From a virus: a stretch of 64,000 nt of DNA. Where the stretch lies: IMG/VR virus record IMGVR_UViG_3300045988_177049, positions 32,001 to 96,000 of that record. One strand, given 5' to 3'. Each line of letters opens with the position of its first letter. The first letter of the stretch is position 1. The notes beneath the pieces are model-generated. The model saw only the letters and a program-made list of their open reading frames with translations. It made no database searches and was not told the DNA's origin. The translations under genes and the position numbers were made by a program. Shown here one piece after another: positions 29,312-39,235 of this stretch.

Positions 29312-30544
29312 TTACAGTTCAAAACCGCCATCGGCTTCATACGAATCCGACCTCTGTGGCGCTAACGTGTGAGACACAGACGTTGACCGTACACGAGGTG
29401 CCTGACGACCAACAGTGATACTGCTACCAGGAAGCACTGCCGCAATAGACCCCTGACGGGAACCTTGAGATGGGGTGGACGAAGATACAGGTTGACCATC
29501 AGTGTCACGCCCCATTGAGCGCGTCCATTGCTCCAAAGCATTAGCGAGCCGAACCTGCTCTTTACCATGAGCACTTCCACCTGTGATTACCGAAAAATCA
29601 GCAATTTCCTGAGCCGCTTGTCTCGATAACCCAGGCTTCTTCTCAGCATGAGACGAAACAAGCGTTGGTGCAGTCTCACGATAATACTTTCGTGCATCAT
29701 TAAGTTCACGCAACTCGTCATATTGGCGCGTCAACAATTCAGGAGCATAGGGAGTCACGTAGTTATGCTCCACCCTCTTGATAGCGTTCATCGTTTCAGC
29801 ATTGATCAAAATACCATTCTCTACGGCGTCCTTGATTGAATCACGCAGATCATAACCATAGACACAAGCATCCGCTCCCATATCATTATATGTTGCGTTC
29901 TCGGCCTCAAGCTTCTCCATACCAATCTCGAAAACAGCCACCTGATCACGCAAGAAACAGTTGACCTGATGTTCCTTATTCGGTGCGTCCTTATTGATAA
30001 TCGTCCTCACATCGACTGATGTACCCGTCCATTCATCAGGTTCAAGACCATAAATCGTCTCGATATACCAATCTGAGGGCCTTTGGTACTGCTCACGCAA
30101 AGACTGACGGTAATAAATCTGCAAGGGCTTATTGTAATAAACCTCTAAACAAGAACTGAGTAGCGATTCCCCATCACTATGAACCACGTATTCATTATCC
30201 ACATCATTGATGAACAAATAAGTTTCATCGTTGATAGAAACACCATTTTCGACAACGCGAGACACAGCATCCCGGAATTCAACGTCATCAGTGAATTCTT
30301 CGCCTGGTTCCAACGGAGTGTGCATACTTCGCTTAAAAAAGTCTGCACTGTCATACAGCAACGCATTGACCTGATCTTCTCGTGCGAGGTCATTCTTATT
30401 GATAATCGCTATCACTCGATCAGAAAGCGAACCAGCCCACTCATGAGCCTCAAGACCATAACGACTCTTGACCTCATCCTGTGGAACTGTTGCCATCCAC
30501 TCTGACATAACTGACACAGACATGATACATATTTCCTCTCTCAA
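29312..30544 (-). CDS. tandem-repeat protein paralog with C-terminal ...DGGFEL tail
   Basis: Repeats VKSRYGLEAHEWAGS...NALLYDS and IYGLEPDEWTGT...NCFLRDQ. The C-terminal region is collinear with the 27967..29130 product. Confidence 0.5.
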   Translation of the reverse strand: MREEICIMSVSVMSEWMATVPQDEVKSRYGLEAHEWAGSLSDRVIAIINKNDLAREDQVNALLYDSADFFKRSMHTPLEPGEEFTDDVEFRDAVSRVVENGVSINDETYLFINDVDNEYVVHSDGESLLSSCLEVYYNKPLQIYYRQSLREQYQRPSDWYIETIYGLEPDEWTGTSVDVRTIINKDAPNKEHQVNCFLRDQVAVFEIGMEKLEAENATYNDMGADACVYGYDLRDSIKDAVENGILINAETMNAIKRVEHNYVTPYAPELLTRQYDELRELNDARKYYRETAPTLVSSHAEKKPGLSRQAAQEIADFSVITGGSAHGKEQVRLANALEQWTRSMGRDTDGQPVSSSTPSQGSRQGSIAAVLPGSSITVGRQAPRVRSTSVSHTLAPQRSDSYEADGGFEL

Positions 30545-30667
30545 AGCGGGTTTTCAACTCATACACCAGTATATCGTACTATCTCTGCCATATTGAGATA
30601 CACCGGCTCATAAAGAGGAAGCGGGTTGCTCCAATCATGAAACAACCCGCTTCCCACGACTGATGAC

Positions 30668-33600
30668 TCACAGCTCGAAGCCATCGTCCTCACTCTCGAC
30701 AGCAACAGGCGCTGGCACCCGGTACTGAGCTGTCGTACTTCTGCTCACATGTGCCGTGCCCGTCTTCGAGCGAACAGGAACAGCCCATGACGTCGACTTG
30801 CGTCGTCCGATGGTTTCCTCTACCTCAACGCGAGCCACAGTGTCGTCCATCGCGATGACAGGAGCCTCGACTTGCGTCTCCACATCAGCCTGGAGCACCT
30901 CTCGCACGCGAGCAGGAGCAAAGCTCTCGTTCCACTTTCCTTCGAACAAACCGGCTCGCTCATGAGCCAACGTCTGCATCGTCGTGAAATCCCCACCGTA
31001 CGCCAGGCGATCCATCGGTGAGGCCAACTTTTCGATGACCTTCTCATCTTCCAAGTTGAGCATGATGCCGTTGCTATCACTGAGAGCCGTGGCAACCTTC
31101 TCGATGTTCTCAGCGTTCACGGTAACGCCCAAACCGTCGTCACCATAGAACCGAGAGAACGCCTCAACCCACTGCTCCTTCGTCGCTTGAACCGGCTTGT
31201 GATCAGCATCCAGAACAGTGTTCCACACGCCATCGTTTCCCTGAGCGATCATCTGTCCGCGCCACAAACTTCGAGCAGGCCCCATGAGCAGCTCATAACG
31301 ATGACGTGCATCTACCGGATCATGCTTGGCCTGCAAAATGCTCTGGGTCACCGGGTAGGTCAACTCCAAAACAGCTTTCAGTTCCTCGTTACGCAGCGCT
31401 CGAACGCCGCGCTGAGAGAAGGTTCCAGCAACCCCTGTACCAAACGATTTCACAGCCGTTGCGTACATGGTACCCTTCTGATCATCGCGCGTGACCTGAG
31501 TGGTCGTCAGATCCACATGTGTCTCAGGGTCATATCCGATGTACTTGGCGTAATCAAGCATCTTCTTGGGCGAACCCTTTGCTCCAGTCTCGATACATGC
31601 CTTCTCAACAGAAGCCATGTGCTCGTGAACCGACCCAAAGGAAAGCACAGCTTCACCATACTGATGACGCAGTGCATCGTGATACATCCGTGATGCAGCA
31701 GCGCTCACCTCACGGCTCGTCTCCAAGAACCGCTCACGACTAGACTCACCTTCGACGAAATCGTAGTATGCGTTGTTTGCCATCTGGTGAACCTCAGCCA
31801 TATCTTCCGCATAAAGCGAGTCATAGTGCTGAGACACCTTCACGTCCAGCGCATCATGCATCGCCAGAGGGTAGCAACCCTCGTCATCCATGCCTTGACC
31901 CAAATCAAGGAGATTCGCCTCAACACTCAGCCTCTCCATGGCTTGCTCGTGAGCAGCCCCGTGACCCAGGTTGACGACTGCCACCGAGTCACCATCAAAG
32001 TCGCCATCGAAACACTTGACCATGTTCGGATTCACGCTCACACCCGTGAGACGCTCGTCAATGCTCACTCGCATGTAACGAACGCCCGCATCACGGAGCA
32101 CGGGATCACGCCAGATCAAAGCGTAGTCACCATCACGTAAGCGCAGTTTTTTCGCCAGCTCTGGACCAACACCAACTTGATCAATATCAAGCCTGGGGTC
32201 CCCTGTCCACACAGCGGTTGCCGAGCGTGGCAAACGAGAAGCCATCAAGCCTTCCTTGACGACGTTATGTTTACCCGTAAAACGGCGGCGCATGATGTCC
32301 TGGGCAATACCGTCGTAAGCCGTCTGTGCGCGGTGCATAGCCTCAGCCATCGTTTGACGAGCATCGGCCAAGTCCTTACCCGTCAGCTCACCCGAGGCAG
32401 CGCGGTCAGCCGCGTGCTTGTAACGCAGCGCCCACTCACGGATCGTCAAATAGCGATACGTGTAGTCATGGACCGTTGACGACCCATCATCCAGGTCTTG
32501 ACCCGAGCGCAAGTGCGAACTCAGCACCGGCACACGCCACGTGGTATCCGTTGCGTGTAGGGTGCGCTCCCCCGTTGGCATCGTCAATGGGAATGGAATC
32601 TCCATATCACCACCAGCGTCACCAATGAGCGCAGCAAAATCACTCCGAACCTTGCGCACGTCAAACGACCCGCGTTCGGTCACAGGAACCTCACCCATCT
32701 CGATGAGACGGCGCGCACCACCAACAGCAAGATCGTCATGGCCCTCACGCAGCGTCCCATCGGGTTCGATGTCAAGACCGCACACCAGAGCCATCTCACG
32801 AAGCTGAGCGAGAGCTTGCAGATTACCACCGTAGATCTGCTCCAGCACCTTGTCGCATCCCTGAGACTGCAACGCCCAAGCAAGCTGAGACGAGGCTTTA
32901 CGTCCCTGACCAGCACGAATAGCAGCGTCATCGTATGCAGCAGTCTTTGCATCAACCGTCATATGGGTACCAATGAAGGACACCTGACCGATACCGTTTT
33001 CAACAACCTCGCCGTTTGGCAGGTACAACGGAGCGGTACTCTGCATCGCTTCACGAGCGCTACCACCGTTGAAACGAGACACCGCGCTAAAGGGTGCCAT
33101 CACGACGTCCAGATCCGGGTTTTGCCTAAACAGATCCATCATGTCAGTCGATCCATACAGATCTTCGATCTCCGAAGACGTCAATGAGGCATCACGGTCA
33201 ACAATGAGTGAAATGACACCCTTGTTGCCGTGCATGTCGGAAATCTTGTCGCCGACAATGAGATCACGCATCTCGCCATCGGTTCCACGAACGCGATATG
33301 TACGCGCGAAATCAGCCGAAACAACGATGGAGTCTTCCATCGTCCATCCACCAGCCGTCATAAACGCCGTGCCCACAGGCTTCGTCACAGACGAGGCATT
33401 CATGAGATTCGATGTTGTCATCTGTTGACGATCGAAAGGATCATAGCTCATGAACTCAGCTTGTTTCGTCAGCATGAGCGGAGCACGATCACCCTTGTCT
33501 GAGGGAACAATCGACCCATCGACGTTCACCTGAGCACCAGAAACCAGATAACGAGTCACGCCTTGGTTGACACCGCTCGATGTCATGATCGGATCAAAGT

Positions 33601-36121
33601 AGCCATCGGCTTCCTCACTGAGCAACGACATATTACGACCGCCCGTGAGCACCCACGGATCCATCGTCGTGTCGTTGGCGGGATCGCCGCTAAAACCCTG
33701 TTCCCGTGCGCGAGATGCACGGAAATCCGCATCAATGGTTGATCCATCACGCAGTGCATTCGGATAGCGCACGCGGCGCGCTTCGGTGGCAAGAATTGCA
33801 TCGAGAATCTCTCGATCCATACCCTCTTCAAGGGCACGCTCATAGTGATCTGCTCGATGGCGCGTATCAGTCAGCCTACGATACACACCGTTAAGGGAGG
33901 CAGGCTCACCGACGCGAGACCGGCCTGTGAGCACGTCAGCTTGAACCCGATAGCGAATCGCATCACTCATCTGCTGTTCGTAACCGATCAGCCGAGTGCG
34001 CTCTTCGAGAGACTTCTTTTCTCCGGGTTTTTGACTGACGACGCGCGCCTCAAAGCCTGGCACGATCATGAGATCGTTACCGGAGTTGAAACGAGTGATG
34101 ATCTCTCCATTCTCACCGCGAGCGAAGATCTGTCCGATCGTTCCGCTCACAGGCTCTTCTCGACCTGTTTGGGAACGCATGATTGAGCCGGTCCACTCCA
34201 CGACACCGTTTGCATCGACGCGGATCGATCCAGGAGTAACCGCGCACGATTCAAGCGTGTCTGACACGACTTGAAGCATCGATGTGGTGAACTCATCGTC
34301 CACAACGTCCATTGACAACGCCGTGGACTCGTCGAAAGTGATCAATCGATCCCTAAATGCGTTGGAATAGAAAGATTCTCCAACGATCTTTTCCTTCGGC
34401 AAACGCGCGGTACGCATTGCAGCCACAAGATCATCGTTGTTACGCCACTGACCGTATTCACTGGTCATGTAACGAGCAGTACGCACGGGATCAAAGACAA
34501 ACTCATCCGACTCAATCGGTGCATCCACACCGATTTGAGTATCGAGTAGATCACGCAGGTGCGCACGAACGCGCTCTTCTGGACTTCCCGTGTAAGCCAC
34601 AGAACCGGCCAACATGTCGTGAACACCAGACAGATCGCTGTCTTGGTCCATCTCATCGAGCAACCCTGTTGCTTCGGCGTACTCAGACCTAGTTGCATCA
34701 GGCTTGAGCAATGTGGTCTCTGCTCCGCGCAGAACGTCCCAATACGCGCGCCCAACGGCTGCAAGATCAGGATCGCCAGACAACACAGGAACATACGTCC
34801 CCTCGCGTGCAGCGTCTTCATGCTCGCTGAGCTGACGGATCAAACCGTCAACATCGAGCTGCTGCTCCACATTGATGCGAGCACTACGAACAGCATCGGT
34901 GATAAACGTCGATGCCTGGGTTCGACCTTCGGGCGTATCAACGAAGAACCGAGACGAGGCAGAACGCTCCTTCATCTGACGACGGATGACCACCTGCTCA
35001 CCGTTTGCTCCCGGCATGTCCTTATACGCACTCGTGAGCGTGTCTGTGGACAAATACGACTCTTGAAGCGTCTTATTCTTGCTCTGACGCTGACCAACGT
35101 GGCCGACAAGACCTTTACCGTCCTTGCGCTCCACGGGGCGTCCCAAGGCGACGCGCACAAGGTCGCACACCTCATCAACAGTGGGTGTGTACGCCACCTG
35201 CTTGTTATCTCGACGAGCAGTCGTGGAGAAGTACAGCGTTGCACCGTTGTCATAGACACGACCCACCCACTGCTCTTTGTCTCGGGTATCGGTCAGACGC
35301 ACCGTCATATTCGTTCCCGTGAGTCGAGCACGAATCTGACCGGGACGCAAGTCCTTTTCAATCGTGTAGGGAATACCTTCTTCGGCCAACATATCGAGCA
35401 CAGCTCGGGAGCGAGCAAGTGCGTCGGTACTCATGAACTGACGGGCGTTATAGCGTCCCGTCTCAGGGTTACGTGCACCATCAAGTACCCACTGACGAAC
35501 ATCGTTGTACTCAGCCGTCGTCATGCGACCCATGAGTTCAGTCAGGCCCGAGATATCATCGAGGCTGAGTGCCCGGCCTGCTTCTTTCGCATCGCCGTCT
35601 TCGTTCAGACGATAGAGCTTGAGTTCCGAGGATGTGACCTTTTCCAGACTACTCGGCTTGCCATCGGCAAATGCAGCAATGTCATCATCGAGAATATACA
35701 AAATCGATGAACCAGCTTGCTTGACGCTTCGGCGGGTTCCCCACCGAGGATCATAAGGAGAGATCGGCAAACGAGGTCCAGCAGCTCCTGTAGATCCGCT
35801 CAGACCAATCGTCGCCGTAAAGTCTTTGTACAACGCCTTGTAGCCCTTACTTGATGTATCGGCAGGCTGGAACAAGGCTTTGTATCCTGGGACGTTCTCA
35901 CTCATGACGCTTTGAATAGCGTCGAGTGCTTCGGGGACGCCTAAGTCCCCATCGTTAAACGAACGTCCATTTTCATTAAGCTTGGCTTCCATGAGATCTC
36001 GCAAGTGCCGACCCTGTGAAACCAGGATCGGAGAACCAATCAACTCACTCGTTCGATTGATCGTACGGGCGATCATGTACTCATACATGTACCGACGCAA
36101 ACCAGCATTACGCGTTTGCAT
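30668..36121 (-). CDS. single-chain two-barrel (multisubunit-type, beta/beta-prime-like fused) RNA polymerase homolog, 1817 aa, C-terminal ...DDGFEL tail
   Basis: At aa 964-968 (nt ~33218-33232) IVGDKISDMHGNKGVIS matches the RNAP beta DPBB signature GDKxxxRHGNKGVxS. At aa 1374-1378 (nt 31988-32002) PVLRDAGVRYMRVSIDERLTGVSVNPNMVKCFDGDFDGDSVAVVNL matches the beta-prime catalytic loop ...NADFDGD. Confidence 0.7.
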   Translation of the reverse strand: MQTRNAGLRRYMYEYMIARTINRTSELIGSPILVSQGRHLRDLMEAKLNENGRSFNDGDLGVPEALDAIQSVMSENVPGYKALFQPADTSSKGYKALYKDFTATIGLSGSTGAAGPRLPISPYDPRWGTRRSVKQAGSSILYILDDDIAAFADGKPSSLEKVTSSELKLYRLNEDGDAKEAGRALSLDDISGLTELMGRMTTAEYNDVRQWVLDGARNPETGRYNARQFMSTDALARSRAVLDMLAEEGIPYTIEKDLRPGQIRARLTGTNMTVRLTDTRDKEQWVGRVYDNGATLYFSTTARRDNKQVAYTPTVDEVCDLVRVALGRPVERKDGKGLVGHVGQRQSKNKTLQESYLSTDTLTSAYKDMPGANGEQVVIRRQMKERSASSRFFVDTPEGRTQASTFITDAVRSARINVEQQLDVDGLIRQLSEHEDAAREGTYVPVLSGDPDLAAVGRAYWDVLRGAETTLLKPDATRSEYAEATGLLDEMDQDSDLSGVHDMLAGSVAYTGSPEERVRAHLRDLLDTQIGVDAPIESDEFVFDPVRTARYMTSEYGQWRNNDDLVAAMRTARLPKEKIVGESFYSNAFRDRLITFDESTALSMDVVDDEFTTSMLQVVSDTLESCAVTPGSIRVDANGVVEWTGSIMRSQTGREEPVSGTIGQIFARGENGEIITRFNSGNDLMIVPGFEARVVSQKPGEKKSLEERTRLIGYEQQMSDAIRYRVQADVLTGRSRVGEPASLNGVYRRLTDTRHRADHYERALEEGMDREILDAILATEARRVRYPNALRDGSTIDADFRASRAREQGFSGDPANDTTMDPWVLTGGRNMSLLSEEADGYFDPIMTSSGVNQGVTRYLVSGAQVNVDGSIVPSDKGDRAPLMLTKQAEFMSYDPFDRQQMTTSNLMNASSVTKPVGTAFMTAGGWTMEDSIVVSADFARTYRVRGTDGEMRDLIVGDKISDMHGNKGVISLIVDRDASLTSSEIEDLYGSTDMMDLFRQNPDLDVVMAPFSAVSRFNGGSAREAMQSTAPLYLPNGEVVENGIGQVSFIGTHMTVDAKTAAYDDAAIRAGQGRKASSQLAWALQSQGCDKVLEQIYGGNLQALAQLREMALVCGLDIEPDGTLREGHDDLAVGGARRLIEMGEVPVTERGSFDVRKVRSDFAALIGDAGGDMEIPFPLTMPTGERTLHATDTTWRVPVLSSHLRSGQDLDDGSSTVHDYTYRYLTIREWALRYKHAADRAASGELTGKDLADARQTMAEAMHRAQTAYDGIAQDIMRRRFTGKHNVVKEGLMASRLPRSATAVWTGDPRLDIDQVGVGPELAKKLRLRDGDYALIWRDPVLRDAGVRYMRVSIDERLTGVSVNPNMVKCFDGDFDGDSVAVVNLGHGAAHEQAMERLSVEANLLDLGQGMDDEGCYPLAMHDALDVKVSQHYDSLYAEDMAEVHQMANNAYYDFVEGESSRERFLETSREVSAAASRMYHDALRHQYGEAVLSFGSVHEHMASVEKACIETGAKGSPKKMLDYAKYIGYDPETHVDLTTTQVTRDDQKGTMYATAVKSFGTGVAGTFSQRGVRALRNEELKAVLELTYPVTQSILQAKHDPVDARHRYELLMGPARSLWRGQMIAQGNDGVWNTVLDADHKPVQATKEQWVEAFSRFYGDDGLGVTVNAENIEKVATALSDSNGIMLNLEDEKVIEKLASPMDRLAYGGDFTTMQTLAHERAGLFEGKWNESFAPARVREVLQADVETQVEAPVIAMDDTVARVEVEETIGRRKSTSWAVPVRSKTGTAHVSRSTTAQYRVPAPVAVESEDDGFEL

Positions 36122-36357
36122 AACATTCTCCTTTTCAGGTTCGGCCCAGTCGGACCGATCGGGTGATTACCCTTACATATTACCTGAAAAACCCACGCTT
36201 TTCAACGGAAACACTGTCGAAACGCTTTTGTATCGAGTACGATAAATACGTAGATGTCATATCGCAAACCCCGGTGTCACGGACAAACATTTTCCGTGTG
36301 TAACATCCGACAAGCCATATGACCATCTCTCAACACACAACAGAAAGGACACTCACC

Positions 36358-37749
36358 ATGTCACATGAACAAGTAAAAGGTACTCTGCTCACCGTTGGAG
36401 CAACAGCGGCATCAACCGCCCTTCTCGTCGGCGGTTTTATCGGATACAACCACATACAAGCCATGTCCTCAGCCGATGAACAAGCCGTCATCTTTAACGA
36501 GACGCACTCCGCCAGCGGAGCCACAGACGCTCTCACCGGAACAACCGGAGAATTCAGTGATCATTGCACCGTTATGCGCGAAGGTTTGCAATTCACTGTA
36601 GGCCCCATGAATTATACGACCTCAAACACGTCATTGCGCGGCACACCTGTTCCACCCACGCGATCTACAACCGGCTTTGATTGGCAATGGGTAAACAAGG
36701 ATCGCGTATCACCCACCGGAGTACGCGCCGATGTTCCCGATGTCGTCGGAACGACCCCAGAGAACGTCTCCACTCCAGAAGGTCGCACACAGGCGAACCT
36801 CAATGCGTGGTATCAGCAAATCTGGGACAGCAACTTCCGTGTTGGAAACGTTGAGATCGGTTATCACCCAGGCGGTCAACCTAACCCCGCCATTCCGCAG
36901 GTTCTCGCAGCCCACTGCGAGTGGGATGTCAAAGTTTCGAGTAATGCTGACACAAATAGTGAAGGTTCTACTCTTAATGACGACGTAACACTTGGCGCTG
37001 TTCCCGTTTGGGACCTCGCAGAAGGGGAAACTGCCCCGTGGCTCACGGTAGACGGCAAAAAAGCCCAAGTAACGGTTCACGGTCGCGCCTACCACACGGC
37101 AGACAAGCCCATTAAAGACAATGACATTCCGGCAAACGCTCAGCTCATCGGGGAAACAACCCTTGACTTCACTGCCTCGGGAACTAAGACCGCAACCATC
37201 AACAAGCCATCCAACCTTAACGGAGGTTACGTCACATGGGTGTGGAGCGTTGATAAGAATAATCAGCCCGGCGATTGGGGTAAGTACCTCATGAACGACA
37301 ATGTTTCTGACGGGTGGGCCGCAGAAAACGAGGTCGTTGAACTCCCCAAGAACCCTGAGCCTACGCCAAGCGTAGCTGCTCCCACCGTTGAGCCGAGTGC
37401 AGCGCCGACACCTAGTGCCACGGAACCTACCCCTACACCAAGCATTACCACTCCTACATCTGAACCTACGCCAAACACGACACCTTCCACTCCGGTTTCA
37501 AAAACCACGCCTTCGGCAACCCCGACTCCAGATGGGAATGAGACCCCTGCACCAACACCGAGTGATCCGACTGGTTCAACCCCGTCAGCACCGGGTACTC
37601 CGGGTACTGTCACCCCACAAACGTCACACGAGACACCATATGCAAGTCTTGCTCACACTGGTTCACCAGCGCTCCCGCTGATTGAATTAGGTGTCATCTC
37701 GTTGGCTGGTGGTTTGACTCTGGCTCTCAGGAAGCGTAACGTGGGTTAA
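36358..37749 (+). CDS. LAXTG-anchored cell-wall surface protein (sortase substrate)
   Basis: N-terminal signal/TM, a Pro/Thr/Ser-rich stalk, and C-terminal LAHTG + hydrophobic segment + RKRNVG. gaaagga RBS upstream of the ATG at 36358. Confidence 0.65.
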   Translation: MSHEQVKGTLLTVGATAASTALLVGGFIGYNHIQAMSSADEQAVIFNETHSASGATDALTGTTGEFSDHCTVMREGLQFTVGPMNYTTSNTSLRGTPVPPTRSTTGFDWQWVNKDRVSPTGVRADVPDVVGTTPENVSTPEGRTQANLNAWYQQIWDSNFRVGNVEIGYHPGGQPNPAIPQVLAAHCEWDVKVSSNADTNSEGSTLNDDVTLGAVPVWDLAEGETAPWLTVDGKKAQVTVHGRAYHTADKPIKDNDIPANAQLIGETTLDFTASGTKTATINKPSNLNGGYVTWVWSVDKNNQPGDWGKYLMNDNVSDGWAAENEVVELPKNPEPTPSVAAPTVEPSAAPTPSATEPTPTPSITTPTSEPTPNTTPSTPVSKTTPSATPTPDGNETPAPTPSDPTGSTPSAPGTPGTVTPQTSHETPYASLAHTGSPALPLIELGVISLAGGLTLALRKRNVG

Positions 37750-37770
37750 TACCTCACACAGGGCGCGAGT

Positions 37771-37818
37771 AGCGGCGGTTCGTATGACACATGTTGTGCG
37801 AGCCGCCGCTTCCTTTTG
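37771..37818 (+). terminator. hairpin terminator
   Basis: agcggcggttcg-(16 nt)-cgagccgccgct then tccttttg. Confidence 0.5.
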
Positions 37819-37842
37819 CACCACACCGACAAAGGAGTAACC

Positions 37843-38364
37843 ATGGCTTCCAATACCGTTCTGGCCGAACAACACCACTACAAACGACACATGCCCTCGG
37901 TTGCGACAGTCGTCAAGTACTGGCGTACACATCCCCAACTATGGATGAAAGGCGTAGTTATTGGTTGGAACATTCCGTTTTGTTTCGCGTGCGGCTGGAT
38001 CCCGCCTGTGAAGATTCACAACGGTTTCAAATGGAAGGGCGCGAGCCGTTTTCTTGAACGTGCTCACCTGCAAAATCATTGCGTGCGCGGAAACGATAAA
38101 CCATCGAACATCGTCCTTCTATGCCCACTATGCCACAGTGCAATGCCACGGTTTCAATCACGCAAAGAAGCGCTGCACTGGGTATCCAAACAGTACTCTT
38201 ACCGTATGCGAACCACCAGCACAGCGCTCCATGATGCCTCTTGGCAGCTCTACACCAACACGCACCCGTGTTGTGATCAAGACGATATCCGCGAGCTGTA
38301 CAGACTGTTTTTGATCAGCGTCATGCTTCAGGCTCAAGAGGTGGCACACCTAATGCATCCATAA
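37843..38364 (+). CDS. HNH endonuclease
   Basis: ERAHLQNHCVRGNDKPSNIVLLCPLCH is an HNH core. aaaggag RBS upstream of the ATG at 37843. Confidence 0.55.
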   Translation: MASNTVLAEQHHYKRHMPSVATVVKYWRTHPQLWMKGVVIGWNIPFCFACGWIPPVKIHNGFKWKGASRFLERAHLQNHCVRGNDKPSNIVLLCPLCHSAMPRFQSRKEALHWVSKQYSYRMRTTSTALHDASWQLYTNTHPCCDQDDIRELYRLFLISVMLQAQEVAHLMHP

Positions 38365-38593
38365 GCGCATCACACGCATCATTGAGGGAAAGAACGTAGT
38401 CCTTTTCAACGACCATGAAATCAAAAAACTCATCCAAAAACGCTGTAACACGTTTTTCTAAAGTTTTTGACTCGGATACATCTCCAATCAATTCTTCCAA
38501 TCTTTCAGCAGTCGTAATGAGATTATCTCGCTTATCCAAAAAATCCGAAACGACCGTTTCCAAATTTGCCATTTCCAACACCTTTCCTTTCAT
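38321..38593 (-). CDS. hypothetical small acidic protein
   Basis: ORF in a low-GC patch. Confidence 0.3.
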   Translation of the reverse strand: MKGKVLEMANLETVVSDFLDKRDNLITTAERLEELIGDVSESKTLEKRVTAFLDEFFDFMVVEKDYVLSLNDACDALMDALGVPPLEPEA

Positions 38594-38628
38594 ACATCAA
38601 TGGATACTTTTACGTAAATAACAATCAA

Positions 38629-39183
38629 TCACAACGATTGATAAATCGCCTTCCGTAACTCATCATTTCCATATTCATAAAGCAGCCACTCCGGTTGAGC
38701 CAAGCAAACATACCGGCGACCGCACTCACGATCACGGTCATGATCACGCAAGTACCACATATTGTGCTTGACCATAGCCAATTCTTCCTTCGTGAATTGA
38801 GCCAGGCTCGCTTCAACTTCTTTTGCACCCATCCAATCATCAAGTATGCTAAACGAACCTTCTCGATCCTCATTCCAGAGATTCCATTCAGTTGCAGTAT
38901 TTGGATCGAGCTTCTTGTAATATAAACCGCCATCAGAAAGGCTCTCAAAGACGGCAAGAACGGGCATCATGCCGCTCAGCGCACTAAGTCTATGACTTTT
39001 GCACTCTAAACCTGCAACGTCCCATAACGATTTCGCCAAATCGAACGGACTAGTTGCTGACATAATACTTCTGCACAATAGCGTCTTTGCTGTAGCTAAA
39101 CGATCGACGTCATTCATATTTTGTCCTTTCGCATAGAGATTCTGCTCGTAACTCAGTCTAACACAATGATACGTATAACGCAT
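38629..39183 (-). CDS. hypothetical protein
   Basis: ORF in a low-GC patch. No motif recognised. Confidence 0.35.
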   Translation of the reverse strand: MRYTYHCVRLSYEQNLYAKGQNMNDVDRLATAKTLLCRSIMSATSPFDLAKSLWDVAGLECKSHRLSALSGMMPVLAVFESLSDGGLYYKKLDPNTATEWNLWNEDREGSFSILDDWMGAKEVEASLAQFTKEELAMVKHNMWYLRDHDRDRECGRRYVCLAQPEWLLYEYGNDELRKAIYQSL

Positions 39184-39235
39184 CTATGTTACAATGGATA
39201 ATATAAACCACTTCTAGTAGAAAGCCGCGCACACC

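Noticed and set aside
34559-35710. 383-aa plus-strand ORF
   Set aside because: It is antisense to the RNAP-like gene, which has the recognisable beta/beta-prime motifs. The composition is shadow-like.
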